33,848 nucleotides of DNA from an uncultured Deinococcaceae bacterium (GTDB lineage Bacteria; Deinococcota; Deinococci; Deinococcales; Deinococcaceae): positions 1 to 33,848 of the forward strand of contig CAXULY010000049.1 of assembly GCA_964252075.1 (NCBI GenBank), in the 5' to 3' direction. This document shows positions 1-9,118 of the stretch, in pieces. Under the pieces are notes generated by a model, which saw only the letters and a program-made list of their open reading frames with translations, did no database searches and was not told the DNA's origin. Position numbers and translations under genes: made by a program. The first letter of the stretch is position 1, and every line of letters starts with the position of its first letter.

Positions 1-2
1 GC

Positions 3-2399
3 ATCTTCGCCCGCACCCCCGACCTTCCCCTCGAACCCTGGATGCGCGCCAGCCTCGCGCCGCTGCTCCCGGAACTCGCGGACGGTGAGGTGCTGGAGGG
101 TCGCCCGGACGCGCGGCTGCACGCCGCCATCCAGCACGTCTTTCAGCGCGGACTGACGGGCGTGGAGGCCTTCCTGCTCGACGACCTGCACCTCGCGGAC
201 CGCGCGTCCATCGAGGCGGCGTTCGTGCTGATCTCGTCGTCGTTCCCGCTGGGTCAGCCGGGCGGCGTGCCGCGCCTCATCTGCACGGTCCGCGCGGACG
301 AACTGCCGGACTTCACGGCGGAGGTGTTCCGGCAGGTGGTGGCGGCAAAGCAGGCCACACGCATCGACCTGGAGCCGCTGGGGGCGGCCGCGGTGGGGGC
401 GCTGCTGCGCGACCTGGACGTGCCGGAGGTGCAACACCTGGGGCCGCAGCTGGCGCGCTTCACGGGCGGCAACCCCCTGTTCGTCCTCGAAACCGTGAAG
501 CACCTGCTGGAGGCGCCGCACGGTGGGGGGCAGCTGCCGGTCGCGCAGCGCGCGTCGCAGCTGATCGGGCAGCGGCTGTCGCGGCTGTCCAGCACCGCGC
601 TGAGTGCCGCGCGCGCCGCGGCGGTGCTGCAGGGTGACGTGCGGGTGGAACTCGTGGCGGGCGTGCTGGGCACGCCGCTGCTGGACACGGCGGCGGCGTG
701 GGAGGAACTGGAGGCCGCGCAGGTCATGACGGGCGAGCGCTTCAGTCATGACCTCGTGCAGGAGGCGGTGCTGGGCGGCATTCCGACGGCCGTGCGGCGC
801 CTGCTGCACCGCAGCGCCGCGCGGGTGCTGCGGCGCGAGGGCGCGCGCGCGGCGCTGGTGGCGCGCCACTGGCAGGCGGGCGGTGAGCCCGCGGAGGCCG
901 CGCCGCTGCTGCTGGAGGCGGCGCGGGACGCGCTGTCGGCGCTGCGCCCGCTGGAGGCCGTGCGCTTCTTCGACGAGGCCGCCGACCTGCTGGAATCGCT
1001 GGGGGACGCGGTCGGCGCCTTCGATGCGCGCGCCACCGCCGTGGAGCGCGTGCACCATTACGAGGGCTTCCCGGACCTGGACGTGCTGGTGGAGCGGTTG
1101 CAGGTGAGCGCCTGGACGCCCGTGCAGGTCGCGCGGGCGCGCTGGGCGCTCGGGTCGCGCCTGCTGCGTCAGGGGCGCCTCGCGGAGGCGCGGGACGCGC
1201 TGCAGGAGGGCCTCGCGGTCCTCACGCACCTTGATGACCTGACGTTGCGCGCCGCGCTGCTGCGGGAGCTCGTGACGGTCCGCGCCGGGCTCGGGCAGGA
1301 GCAGGACACGCTGGAGACCATCGCGCAGACCACCGATCTGCTCGCGCGCCTGCCGGAACCGCTGGGGCGCGCGCAGGCCGAGTACGCCTTTGGTCGGGGC
1401 CTGCTGCGCCTGGACCGCCCGCTGGACGCCGCGACGCACCTAGAGGCCGCCGCGCGTCTGTTCGAGGGCCTCCGGGAGCCGTACCACACCGCGTGGTCGC
1501 GCCACGCGCTCGCGGCGGCGCTGGAGGCGGGCGCGCAGTTCGAGCGCGCCACCGCCCTGCGCGCGGACCTGGAGTCGCGCCTGCTGGAGGCCGCGCGGGT
1601 GCCGTCCCTGCGCGCCATGAACCTCATCCGGCTGGGCACGCTCGCCACCCGCATGCGCCGCGCGGACGAGGCGCTGGCGTGGCTGCGGCGCGCGGAGGAC
1701 TACTGCGCGCAGGTCGGCGAGCCCACCGGGCCGCTGTGGCGGGCGTACGCGGACCTGTACTGGCTGCTGGGCGCGCTGCCGGAATGCGAGGACGCCTGCG
1801 CGCGCGCCCTCGCGCACCGCGACCCGCGCGACCTGGCGTGGCAGCTGCCGTGGTTGCTGCGGGGCCTCGCGCGCGCCCGGCAGGGGGACCAGGCGGGCGC
1901 GCGCGAGGCGTTCGGGCAGGTGGAGGGGGCGCTGCTGCAGGCGGATTACTCGTACTCGCGCGGGCGCCTGCTGCTGGGGCGGGCGGAACTCGCGGCGCCG
2001 GAGGACGCCGAGCGTCTGGCGAGCGAGGCGCTGGACCTGGCGCGCGCGCGCGGCCATGGGGACCTGCTGACCGCCGCCCTCAGCGCGCGGGCGTCGGCGC
2101 GCCTCGCGCGCGGTGAGCTGCGCGCGGCGCTGGAGGACAGCGCCGCGGCGGTCGCGCGCCTCCCGGACGCTGCCCCGCGCGACGATTACGCGTGGCCGCT
2201 GCTGGTGCACCATCAGGTGCTCTCGGCGCTGGGGGACGCGGACGCCGGGGTGCCGCTGCACGAGGCCCTGCTGTGGCTGGAGCGGGCGGCGGCGCACGTC
2301 CCCCAGGCGTTTCGCGCGGCGTTCCTGACGGGGCACGCCACGCACCGCGCGCTGCGCGACCTCGCGCCCGCCTGGGGCGCACCCACACCCGCACCCTGA
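3..2399 (+). CDS. STAND-type AAA ATPase/TPR transcriptional regulator, 5' end outside window
   Basis: Frame is open from base 3 (IFARTPDLPLEPWMRAS...). Walker B-like FLLDDLHLAD, GGNPLF motif, FSHDLVQEAV, long helical TPR-like C-terminus. No C-terminal HTH, so any DNA-binding module would be N-terminal and off-window. Confidence 0.85.
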   Translation: MFARTPDLPLEPWMRASLAPLLPELADGEVLEGRPDARLHAAIQHVFQRGLTGVEAFLLDDLHLADRASIEAAFVLISSSFPLGQPGGVPRLICTVRADELPDFTAEVFRQVVAAKQATRIDLEPLGAAAVGALLRDLDVPEVQHLGPQLARFTGGNPLFVLETVKHLLEAPHGGGQLPVAQRASQLIGQRLSRLSSTALSAARAAAVLQGDVRVELVAGVLGTPLLDTAAAWEELEAAQVMTGERFSHDLVQEAVLGGIPTAVRRLLHRSAARVLRREGARAALVARHWQAGGEPAEAAPLLLEAARDALSALRPLEAVRFFDEAADLLESLGDAVGAFDARATAVERVHHYEGFPDLDVLVERLQVSAWTPVQVARARWALGSRLLRQGRLAEARDALQEGLAVLTHLDDLTLRAALLRELVTVRAGLGQEQDTLETIAQTTDLLARLPEPLGRAQAEYAFGRGLLRLDRPLDAATHLEAAARLFEGLREPYHTAWSRHALAAALEAGAQFERATALRADLESRLLEAARVPSLRAMNLIRLGTLATRMRRADEALAWLRRAEDYCAQVGEPTGPLWRAYADLYWLLGALPECEDACARALAHRDPRDLAWQLPWLLRGLARARQGDQAGAREAFGQVEGALLQADYSYSRGRLLLGRAELAAPEDAERLASEALDLARARGHGDLLTAALSARASARLARGELRAALEDSAAAVARLPDAAPRDDYAWPLLVHHQVLSALGDADAGVPLHEALLWLERAAAHVPQAFRAAFLTGHATHRALRDLAPAWGAPTPAP

Positions 2400-2429
2400 C
2401 GGGCGCCCGGCAGGACCGGACGGTGGGCT

Positions 2430-3134
2430 TCAGTGGCCGGGGCGGTTCGTCAGCATGGCCTGGAAGAACAGCGGCAGGTCCCCGCTGAGGATGACGCCGT
2501 GCCCGGTGGCCAGGTACCGCGTGTCGAGCGAGCGGAGGTGCGCGATGCCCCGCTGGAAGCGTTCCAGCTGCACGTGCGGATCGCGGAGGTGCTCGCCCTG
2601 CGTCACGTAAGCCACCAAGGCGTCCCGCAACGCGTCCGCCCGGTCCACCAGCGCGCCGCCGGGCAGGGCCTCACCGAAGAAGCAGAGGGGGTCGCCCGCG
2701 AAGGTCACGCCACTCGCCGGGTCGTGCAGCACGCATGACCCGGGCGTGTGGTCGCCCCACAGCCAGCACGTGAGGCCGTGCACCTCGCCCTGATCGGGGA
2801 GCGCGTGCGTGAAGTGCGCGCGAAGGTCCGCGCCGAGGAGCGGGTGGTCGTTGGGGTGAAGGTGCTTCACGGCCTTGGGGAAGCGGTCGGCGTTCCCGAT
2901 GTGGTCCGCGTGGCCGTGCGTGGCGAGGAGCACCGTGACGTCCGAGGCCTGCTTGCCGAGCGCGTCGAGCGCCGCCAGCACGTGTTGGTGGTGTTCCGCC
3001 TTGCCGGTGTCCACAAGCAGGACGCCCTGCTCGCGCAGGAGGATGTAGCTGTTGTTGTAGGACCGCCACCCGTCATCCCAGACGGCCAGCGCGTACACGT
3101 CGCCCTGAATGCACGTGAAATGTGCGTCGGACAT
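2430..3134 (-). CDS. MBL-fold metallo-hydrolase
   Basis: LLVDTG, THGHADH (HxHxDH), HTPGS, FAGD and TGHG motifs. Confidence 0.9.
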   Translation of the reverse strand: MSDAHFTCIQGDVYALAVWDDGWRSYNNSYILLREQGVLLVDTGKAEHHQHVLAALDALGKQASDVTVLLATHGHADHIGNADRFPKAVKHLHPNDHPLLGADLRAHFTHALPDQGEVHGLTCWLWGDHTPGSCVLHDPASGVTFAGDPLCFFGEALPGGALVDRADALRDALVAYVTQGEHLRDPHVQLERFQRGIAHLRSLDTRYLATGHGVILSGDLPLFFQAMLTNRPGH

Positions 3135-3153
3135 CCCAGCGTGATTCTACGGC

Positions 3154-3187
3154 GGGGGGACCGCGCGCTGCAGCGCGCGGTCCCCCC
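3154..3187. terminator. 34-bp perfect palindrome, possible terminator
   Basis: GGGGGGACCGCGCGCTG|CAGCGCGCGGTCCCCCC between the FN3 lipoprotein stop and the MBL gene; no U-tract. Confidence 0.5.
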
Positions 3188-3361
3188 CACCCCAGTCAGG
3201 GCGGCCGTCTCCCCCACCGAAAACGGGCCCGGCCGGGATGAGGACGCGTTCCCATCCCAGCCCTTGACCTCACGGGCGCACGCCCGCGACCGGCTGGCCC
3301 TCCGGTGAGTTTGGTGACCGGCGCGCCTGGGCACGGCCCCCAGACGCGCCGATCACTCCCC

Positions 3362-4729
3362 TCAGTACGCCGTGAGTTTGGTCAGGAGCGTCGTCACGTC
3401 CGCCTGCGTGAGGTGCCCGAGGTCGAAGGCCGCGAGGACCACGTGGGACGACCCGGCGTTCCCGGCGGTCGTACGGCCCGTCGCGATCACGTCCGCACCG
3501 GAGGTCAGGAGCGCCTGTGCGTTCGCGCCGGGCTTCAGGGCGGCGCGGTTGGAGCGCGCGACGTTTAGGGTCAGGCCCTGCAGCGCGCTGCCCGCCTGGC
3601 CGGTGAGGGTGAAGGTGCCGTCGCCCTGGTACGCCACCTGATCCACGCCCAGGGTGGTCGTGACGAGCGGCTGGAAGGCCTCCCAGGGGTCCGCGAGGGT
3701 CGCGCCGTTGGTGCTGGCGTCGCGCACAAAACCCGGCGAGAACAGCAGCGCGCGGTGGCCGGGCGCGTCCAGGAACGCGCGCAGCGTGCCCTGGTCCGCT
3801 GTCGTGAGGGGGTGCACGATGGTGGTGCCGGTGTACCACACCACGCCGCTGTAGCGGCTGAGGTCCTGCGCGCTCGGGCCGTTCGGTTCGTCCTTCGCCT
3901 GGCCGGAGGCGCTGTACGGCACGACCTTCACGTCGAAGGGGCGGTTCGTGGCGGTCATGGCGGCGCGCGCGAACTTGTCGGCGCTGGAGTCGGCGGCTGG
4001 GTCGTTCTGCGGCCAGTTGTTGCCGCTGCGGTCGTCGTCCACGAGCAGCCAGCGCTCCACGATCAGCTGCAGGGGCGCGCGGCGCTCGACGCTGCCGTTC
4101 ACGCCGTGGACGGTGAGGGTGTAGGTGCCCACGGGCACCTGGGCGCCCACCGCGAGGGTGAGGGTGCGCGCGCCGCCCGCCCCGGTCGTGAACTGCCCGC
4201 TGACCTTGTCCGCGCCGCTGCCCACGACGTCACCCTCCAGGTTGAGCGTCACATCGCCGTCCCCGTCGGCGGGGCGCGTGATGTTCACGCTGACGGCGCC
4301 GCTCCGGCCGCTGCCGATGCTGACCGTGGTGGGCTGGACGCTCAGGTCGAAGTCAGGGTGGGTGGCGGCGGTGGGCGTGTTGACGCTGCGCTCCACGCCG
4401 CTGCTCGTCACGCCGCCCGCGCTGGCCTTCAGGCGGTAGGTGTACGCGGTGCCCGCCGTGAGGTTCGCGTCGCGCCAGTTGCTGGCGTCGAGGTGCTCGG
4501 CGAGCGTTGCGTACGCCCCGCCGTTCGCCTTGCGTTCCAGCACCGCCTGCGCGCCCGCCGGCATGCCGGTCCAGCTGAGCGTGACGGTGTGGCTGTCCAC
4601 GACGGTCGCGGTGAAGCCGCTGGGGTTCTGGGGGGCGGTGGGGGTGCCCGCACTGCTCCCGCAGGCGGAGAGGGTGGCGGTCACGAGCAGCAGGCGGAGG
4701 GTCAGGTGGAGGTTCTTGGGTGTGTTCAT
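3362..4729 (-). CDS. Lipoprotein with fibronectin type III-like and Ig-like domains
   Basis: AGGAG RBS before ATG 4729; lipobox LSA-C; FN3 pattern PQNPSGFTATVVDSHTVTLSW...DANLTAGTAYTYRLKA; alpha/beta C-terminal domain. Confidence 0.85.
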   Translation of the reverse strand: MNTPKNLHLTLRLLLVTATLSACGSSAGTPTAPQNPSGFTATVVDSHTVTLSWTGMPAGAQAVLERKANGGAYATLAEHLDASNWRDANLTAGTAYTYRLKASAGGVTSSGVERSVNTPTAATHPDFDLSVQPTTVSIGSGRSGAVSVNITRPADGDGDVTLNLEGDVVGSGADKVSGQFTTGAGGARTLTLAVGAQVPVGTYTLTVHGVNGSVERRAPLQLIVERWLLVDDDRSGNNWPQNDPAADSSADKFARAAMTATNRPFDVKVVPYSASGQAKDEPNGPSAQDLSRYSGVVWYTGTTIVHPLTTADQGTLRAFLDAPGHRALLFSPGFVRDASTNGATLADPWEAFQPLVTTTLGVDQVAYQGDGTFTLTGQAGSALQGLTLNVARSNRAALKPGANAQALLTSGADVIATGRTTAGNAGSSHVVLAAFDLGHLTQADVTTLLTKLTAY

Positions 4730-4754
4730 GGGTGTTTTGCTCCTGTCGGGCGTC

Positions 4755-4788
4755 AAGGTAGGAAACGGGGAGTGGCAGTGGGATGGCG
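4755..4788 (-). promoter_or_regulatory. Direct-repeat activator box plus -10 (motif A)
   Basis: Minus strand CGCCAT-cccac-TGCCAC-N11-TACCTT. Confidence 0.75.
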
Positions 4789-4802
4789 GGGCGGGGCGGC
4801 GC

Positions 4803-6164
4803 TCACGGCGCGTGCGTGAAGGTCCACTTCCAGCTGTTCTCGCCGAGCGCGGCCTGCCCGCTGAAGCTCTGGCCGTCCGCGCTGACGTGCCACGTGCGGT
4901 CCTGCGGGATGGTCAGCCAGCCGCCCACGCCGACGGGCGTCTGGTACGACGTGCTGCCGTCCGGGCAGTCCACGGTGACGGTCGTCATGCCGCCCGTGCC
5001 GCCGCTGCCGACGTACGTGAAGGGCGTGGTGCTGGTGTCGATGCTGAGCGTGCCGTCCGTCGGCGCGATGGGGAGCGTCACGGTGGGCGCGCTGTACGTG
5101 CAGCCGCCCATGGTGTCGTGCAGGTTCCACACGACCGTGCCGGACTTCACGTGGTAGGTGCACAGGTCCGGGTCCTCGGCGTCCAATGGGTCGCGTTCGA
5201 AGGTCACGGTGCTGGTCATGCTCTGGTGCACGCCGTTCACGCGCATGTCGGTGGTGGTCTGGCCTTCCCAGCGGTCCGGGGCGTCCTGCCCGTTGCAGGC
5301 CTTCACGGGTTCCTGTTCGACCGTCACGGCGGACACGAGCGTCACGGCCGTCTGGCCACCTTGGTTCGTCACCCAGTCGACGCTCACCGCGACGGGGTTC
5401 GCGGGCGGCACCTGGGCGGGCGCGGTGTAGGTGGCCGCCGCCTCGCCCGCGCTGGGCGTCACGGCGCCGTCCATGGCGCTGCCGCCGGGCGCGCCGTTCA
5501 CCGCCCAGTGCCGCGCGAAGGTGTTCAGGCGGGCGGGCGCGCAGGTCTGCGTGAGGGGCGCGAGGAGGTCCTCCAGGCCCCCCGTCGCTTCCGGCCAGTC
5601 CGGCAGGCACAGCTGCACCTGCAACCCCACGCCCTGCCCGGTCTTCACGGTGGCCTGCGCGGGCGTGAGGTTCAGCGCCTCCGCCCACGCGAAGTCGCGG
5701 AAGGTGCGCGTGGCGAGCTTCAGGCTGTGCGTGGCGCGGTCCTGGCGCGTGCCGAGGTGCGCCTGCCAGTGGCCCTGCGCGTCCTGCTCCGCGAGGACCG
5801 CGCCCGCCGCGGGGTTGTCCACGCTGGCGTCCGCGCTGACGGTGAGTTCCGCGGGTTGCGTGAGGGTGAGGCCGGCGGGCGTGAGGCGGTACGCGAGCCG
5901 CCCGTGCGGCGCGGTCACGCTGATGGCCTGCACGGCCACGTCGGTGGGCGCGCTGAGCGCCCCGGCGGGCACGCTGAGTTTCAGGTGCCCGTCGGCGGAG
6001 GTGAGGGTGCCGCCTTCCGGGCCGATGCTGGCGTGCGCGGCGGGTCCCGTGGGCACGCCGACCCCGCCGGGCTGCGGCTCGGGGGTGGGGGCTGAGCTGG
6101 GTCCGCTGCAGGCGGTGAGGGTGAGCAGCGCGGCGCTGATGGCCAGGGCAAGGTTCGTTCGCAT
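4803..6164 (-). CDS. Lipoprotein with ZU5-like N-terminal and beta-rich domains
   Basis: GGAGG RBS before ATG 6164; lipobox LTA-C; SIGPEGGTLTSADGHLKLSVPAGAL resembles the start of a ZU5-type domain; several Cys. Confidence 0.8.
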   Translation of the reverse strand: MRTNLALAISAALLTLTACSGPSSAPTPEPQPGGVGVPTGPAAHASIGPEGGTLTSADGHLKLSVPAGALSAPTDVAVQAISVTAPHGRLAYRLTPAGLTLTQPAELTVSADASVDNPAAGAVLAEQDAQGHWQAHLGTRQDRATHSLKLATRTFRDFAWAEALNLTPAQATVKTGQGVGLQVQLCLPDWPEATGGLEDLLAPLTQTCAPARLNTFARHWAVNGAPGGSAMDGAVTPSAGEAAATYTAPAQVPPANPVAVSVDWVTNQGGQTAVTLVSAVTVEQEPVKACNGQDAPDRWEGQTTTDMRVNGVHQSMTSTVTFERDPLDAEDPDLCTYHVKSGTVVWNLHDTMGGCTYSAPTVTLPIAPTDGTLSIDTSTTPFTYVGSGGTGGMTTVTVDCPDGSTSYQTPVGVGGWLTIPQDRTWHVSADGQSFSGQAALGENSWKWTFTHAP

Positions 6165-6182
6165 GGTGGTCCTCCGGCGCTG

Positions 6183-6216
6183 ACCATAGGGAGGACCGCG
6201 TGGCGCGAGGATGGCA
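6183..6216 (-). promoter_or_regulatory. Direct-repeat activator box plus -10 (motif A)
   Basis: Minus strand TGCCAT-cctcg-CGCCAC-N11-TATGGT. Confidence 0.75.
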
Positions 6217-6244
6217 GGGGGAAAACGAGGCGGCACAACGACTT

Positions 6245-6272
6245 GGGGGCGCGACCGTGCGGTCGCGCCCCC
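6245..6272 (-). terminator. Hairpin downstream of membrane protein gene
   Basis: GGGGGCGCGACCG-tg-CGGTCGCGCCCCC, 16 nt past the stop at 6289. Confidence 0.65.
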
Positions 6273-6288
6273 GGGCCACCCCGTGCGC

Positions 6289-6870
6289 TCAGTGCGCCAG
6301 CGCCACCCGCGCGGGGGTCCGGGCGGGCCGGGCGAGCACCAGGATCAGGCCCAGCAGCAGCCAGCCGACCGCGGTGTGCCACGCGAACTCCGCGAGCGGC
6401 AGGTCCTCGATGCGCGCGAAGGCCATGTACGCCAACCCGACGGGCAGGGAGACGCCGCAGAACAGCGGCGCGAAGCGGTGCAGCAGCGGCAGTTGACGCG
6501 CGAACAGCACGGCGACGCTCACCACGAAGGTCAGCAGCATGCTGAGCGGCCACGCGAGATCCGTGACCATGTAGATGGGGCTTTTCATGTCGAAGTGTGC
6601 GATGTCCAGCGGGCCCTGCAGCGCCGCGAGGGGAATGGTGATGAGCGGCAGCAGGATGACCGCGCGCCCCAGCCGGCCGCGCCCCGTCGCGCCGAGCTGC
6701 CGCAGGCCCAGCATCGCGCAGAACCAGCCGATCGCGAAGACGGTGTAGAGCAGGTTACCCAGCACGTCGTCCGCGCCGTTTGGGGTGCGCTGCATGTGGT
6801 GGCGCAGGGCGTCGATGAGCATGGCGGGCGCGCAGAGCATGGTGATGAAACCGAGGGTCCTGACATTCAT
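6289..6870 (-). CDS. Hypothetical integral membrane protein (about 6 TM)
   Basis: AAGGAGG RBS; 193 aa with multiple hydrophobic segments. Confidence 0.85.
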   Translation of the reverse strand: MNVRTLGFITMLCAPAMLIDALRHHMQRTPNGADDVLGNLLYTVFAIGWFCAMLGLRQLGATGRGRLGRAVILLPLITIPLAALQGPLDIAHFDMKSPIYMVTDLAWPLSMLLTFVVSVAVLFARQLPLLHRFAPLFCGVSLPVGLAYMAFARIEDLPLAEFAWHTAVGWLLLGLILVLARPARTPARVALAH

Positions 6871-6927
6871 ACGTCCTCCTTGACGGGCGGCGCGCCGTGC
6901 GGGCGCGGTCGTTCCGTTCTGGCCGTC

Positions 6928-6961
6928 ACGGTAGGGCGGGCGGGATGATGGCGGGATGGCG
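6928..6961 (-). promoter_or_regulatory. Direct-repeat activator box plus -10 (motif A)
   Basis: Minus strand CGCCAT-cccgc-CATCAT-N11-TACCGT. Confidence 0.75.
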
Positions 6962-7024
6962 CCTCAATGGTGACCGGCCCGCACGGTTCGTGGGGCCGGG
7001 TGAGGGGGTGACGGGTCAGGTCGC

Positions 7025-7222
7025 TCAGTGGCGCAGGAATTCCGCGTACAGGTGCTCGATGCAGTCGTCCACGCTGGCGAAGTACCGGCGCTCGCCGTCC
7101 GCACCTTCACGCAGCGAGGCCCGCCACGCGCGTTCCGTGACGGCGCCCTCGTGCCAGATGCGCAGCACGTACACGCGCCCGCTGCTGCGGGCGTCCGGGG
7201 TGTTGCGGTCCTCTTCTTTCAA
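7025..7222 (-). CDS. Small hypothetical protein (65 aa, YVLRIW...WRASL...RRYF)
   Basis: GGGAGG RBS before TTG; own promoter box; composition unlike GC shadow ORFs. Confidence 0.75.
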   Translation of the reverse strand: MKEEDRNTPDARSSGRVYVLRIWHEGAVTERAWRASLREGADGERRYFASVDDCIEHLYAEFLRH

Positions 7223-7271
7223 TGCGCCTCCCTTCCCGCGCCGACGTCACCATCGCTCGGGGCGGTGCCTC

Positions 7272-7305
7272 ACGCTACGGGGCGCAGGGTGGCACGGGCA
7301 TGACA
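7272..7305 (-). promoter_or_regulatory. Direct-repeat activator box plus -10 (motif A)
   Basis: Minus strand TGTCAT-gcccg-TGCCAC-N11-TAGCGT. Confidence 0.75.
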
Positions 7306-7325
7306 CGTGCCGCCACCTGAGGCCG

Positions 7326-8144
7326 TTAAGGGAGGTCCACGCGGCGGTACCACGCCTGCAGGAACGAGAACACCGCCAGGGACAGCATCCCGAGGGCCAG
7401 CAGGCCCAGCGCCCACAGCCCGAGGGGGCCGTGGCCCAGCGCGCGCATGGCGGCGCCGATGCCGCCGGACGCGTGGGCGTCCTCACGCCAGCCCGCGCGC
7501 ACCAGCAGCACGCCCACCAGCCCGAACACGCTGCCGCGCGCCAGCAGGCCCCACTGCCCCGTGAGCCGCAGCAGCGTGACGACCCACGGCGCGCAGCCCC
7601 TCAGGTCGAGCGTCTGCAGGAACATGCTGGTGAGCGCCACCACGAGGTGGTTCACCATCACGCCGATCATGAAGAGGCCGGCGCCCACCACCAGCCCCGG
7701 GCCGAGCGGCCGCATCAGGAACCACGACACCCACGCCTGCGGGTTGTTGCCGTCCCCCTGCCCCCAGCCCTGCCACGCCACCTGCACCGCGAACGCGGCG
7801 AGCGTCAGGAACGCGGTGGCGTTGCTGAGCGCGCCCGCGCGCCGCACGAGCGCGAGGGGGCTGCGGCCCTGGCGGTCCGCGTCGAGGAAGGCGCGGCACA
7901 GCAGCCACAGCACGTACCCCAGCAGCCCGACCGCCATGGCGCCCAGCAGCACCTGCCCGAACGGCTGGTTCGCCCAGTCGGCCAGCGCGCCCTGCAGGCC
8001 GTCCGGCAGTCGGCCCAGGCCGAAGGCGGCGCGCGCGGTGTACAGCCCGAAGCTGAGGAACACGAGGCCCTTGGCGAGGTACCCGACGCGGGCGAGGCGC
8101 ACGATGGTGGGTTCGAGGCGCTTCGCCCGCTGCCGCACGTTCAC
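7326..8144 (-). CDS. DUF1206-like membrane protein
   Basis: RLARVGYLAKGLVF, QPFGQVLL, GLLARGSVF, PLGLWALGLLALG repeat pattern; start placed at GTG 8144, 7 nt after -10 TAGGGT (leaderless). Confidence 0.8.
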   Translation of the reverse strand: MNVRQRAKRLEPTIVRLARVGYLAKGLVFLSFGLYTARAAFGLGRLPDGLQGALADWANQPFGQVLLGAMAVGLLGYVLWLLCRAFLDADRQGRSPLALVRRAGALSNATAFLTLAAFAVQVAWQGWGQGDGNNPQAWVSWFLMRPLGPGLVVGAGLFMIGVMVNHLVVALTSMFLQTLDLRGCAPWVVTLLRLTGQWGLLARGSVFGLVGVLLVRAGWREDAHASGGIGAAMRALGHGPLGLWALGLLALGMLSLAVFSFLQAWYRRVDLP

Positions 8145-8224
8145 GCTGCCCACCCTAGCGACGCCGCGCGTGGAGCGGGTGCGTGGAGGGCCAAGGGCGT
8201 TTCAGGCAGCCGTATGCTGGGCGC

Positions 8225-8254
8225 ATGGCACGGCGTGAGCGCCGGGAAGCGTGA
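8225..8254 (+). CDS. Candidate leaderless 9-codon upstream ORF (MARRERREA)
   Basis: TATGCT at 8213-8218, 6 nt, ATG 8225; its TGA overlaps the GTG of the next gene (GTGA 8251-8254). Confidence 0.45.
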   Translation: MARRERREA

Positions 8255-9084
8255 GCCTCAGCGCACTGGTGGCGCGGGCGGACGTGCGGGCGCTGCTGGA
8301 CGCGCACCTGCGCCCGCTCGCGCCGACGCCCGTGGGGCCGGTGGTCACGCCGCGCACGGGCGTGACGCCCACCCTGATCGGCGCGGCGAACGATTACGCG
8401 CTGCGCTGGCGCCTGGAGCGGTATTACGGGCGGCGCGGCGTGCGGGTCGAGGCGCCGCCGTGGGTGGCGCGTGAGGCCGCGCGGCTCATCAAGGCGGGCG
8501 CGCTGCCGGGCGCGCCGGAGCGCGCCGAGGCGCTGCTGCGGGCGGGCGTGTTGGCGCACGCGCGCTTTGTGTCGGGCGAGGACCGCCTCGTCACGCCCGC
8601 CGCGGCGCGCGCCCTGCTGGGCCTCGCGGCGCTCGACGCGGTGTTCCGGGAGGGGCGGGGCGACGCCCTGGACCGGGACTTGCCCGCCCGCGACGTGCAG
8701 GACCTGCTGGCCCTGCAGGGCCCGGTGGACGCGGAGCTGCTGGGCGCGCGCTCGCGGGTGTTCCTCAACCCGCACTTCGGGGAGGCGTCACGGCAGGTGG
8801 GCGGCGCGGACGCGGACTTCGTGCTGGACGCGACGCTGGTGGACCTCAAGACCGTCAGCGGGGGCGCCGTGACGCCCGACATGCGGCGTCAGCTGCTGGG
8901 GTACCTGCTGCTGTGGTGGCTGGAGGGCGGTCGCCTGAACGGCACGACGCCCGCGCCGCTGGACGCGCTGGGCGTGTACTTCGCGCGGCACCGGACGCTC
9001 GTGCGCTGGCCGCTGCACGAGGTGATCGCGGCGTCTGACCTGCCGGAGCTGGCCCGGGACTTCGCGCGGCTCGCGCGGGCCTGA
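8251..9084 (+). CDS. Hypothetical protein with PD-(D/E)XK nuclease-like motif
   Basis: GGADADFVLDATLVDLKT followed by RQLLGY (D...DxK plus QxxxY). Confidence 0.65.
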   Translation: MSLSALVARADVRALLDAHLRPLAPTPVGPVVTPRTGVTPTLIGAANDYALRWRLERYYGRRGVRVEAPPWVAREAARLIKAGALPGAPERAEALLRAGVLAHARFVSGEDRLVTPAAARALLGLAALDAVFREGRGDALDRDLPARDVQDLLALQGPVDAELLGARSRVFLNPHFGEASRQVGGADADFVLDATLVDLKTVSGGAVTPDMRRQLLGYLLLWWLEGGRLNGTTPAPLDALGVYFARHRTLVRWPLHEVIAASDLPELARDFARLARA

Positions 9085-9118
9085 GGGGCGCGCCCACCCT
9101 TCCCGTACACTGCCAGGC

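Noticed and set aside
3305..3382. 11-bp direct repeat GTGAGTTTGGT at 3305 and 3372
   Set aside because: Only two copies, one inside a CDS; no array, att site or mobile element context
6969..7020. TGACCGG and TGACGGGTCA near 6971 and 7009 as a third motif B site
   Set aside because: No 11-bp-period repeat or correctly spaced -10; the region is an imperfect hairpin downstream of the 65-aa gene
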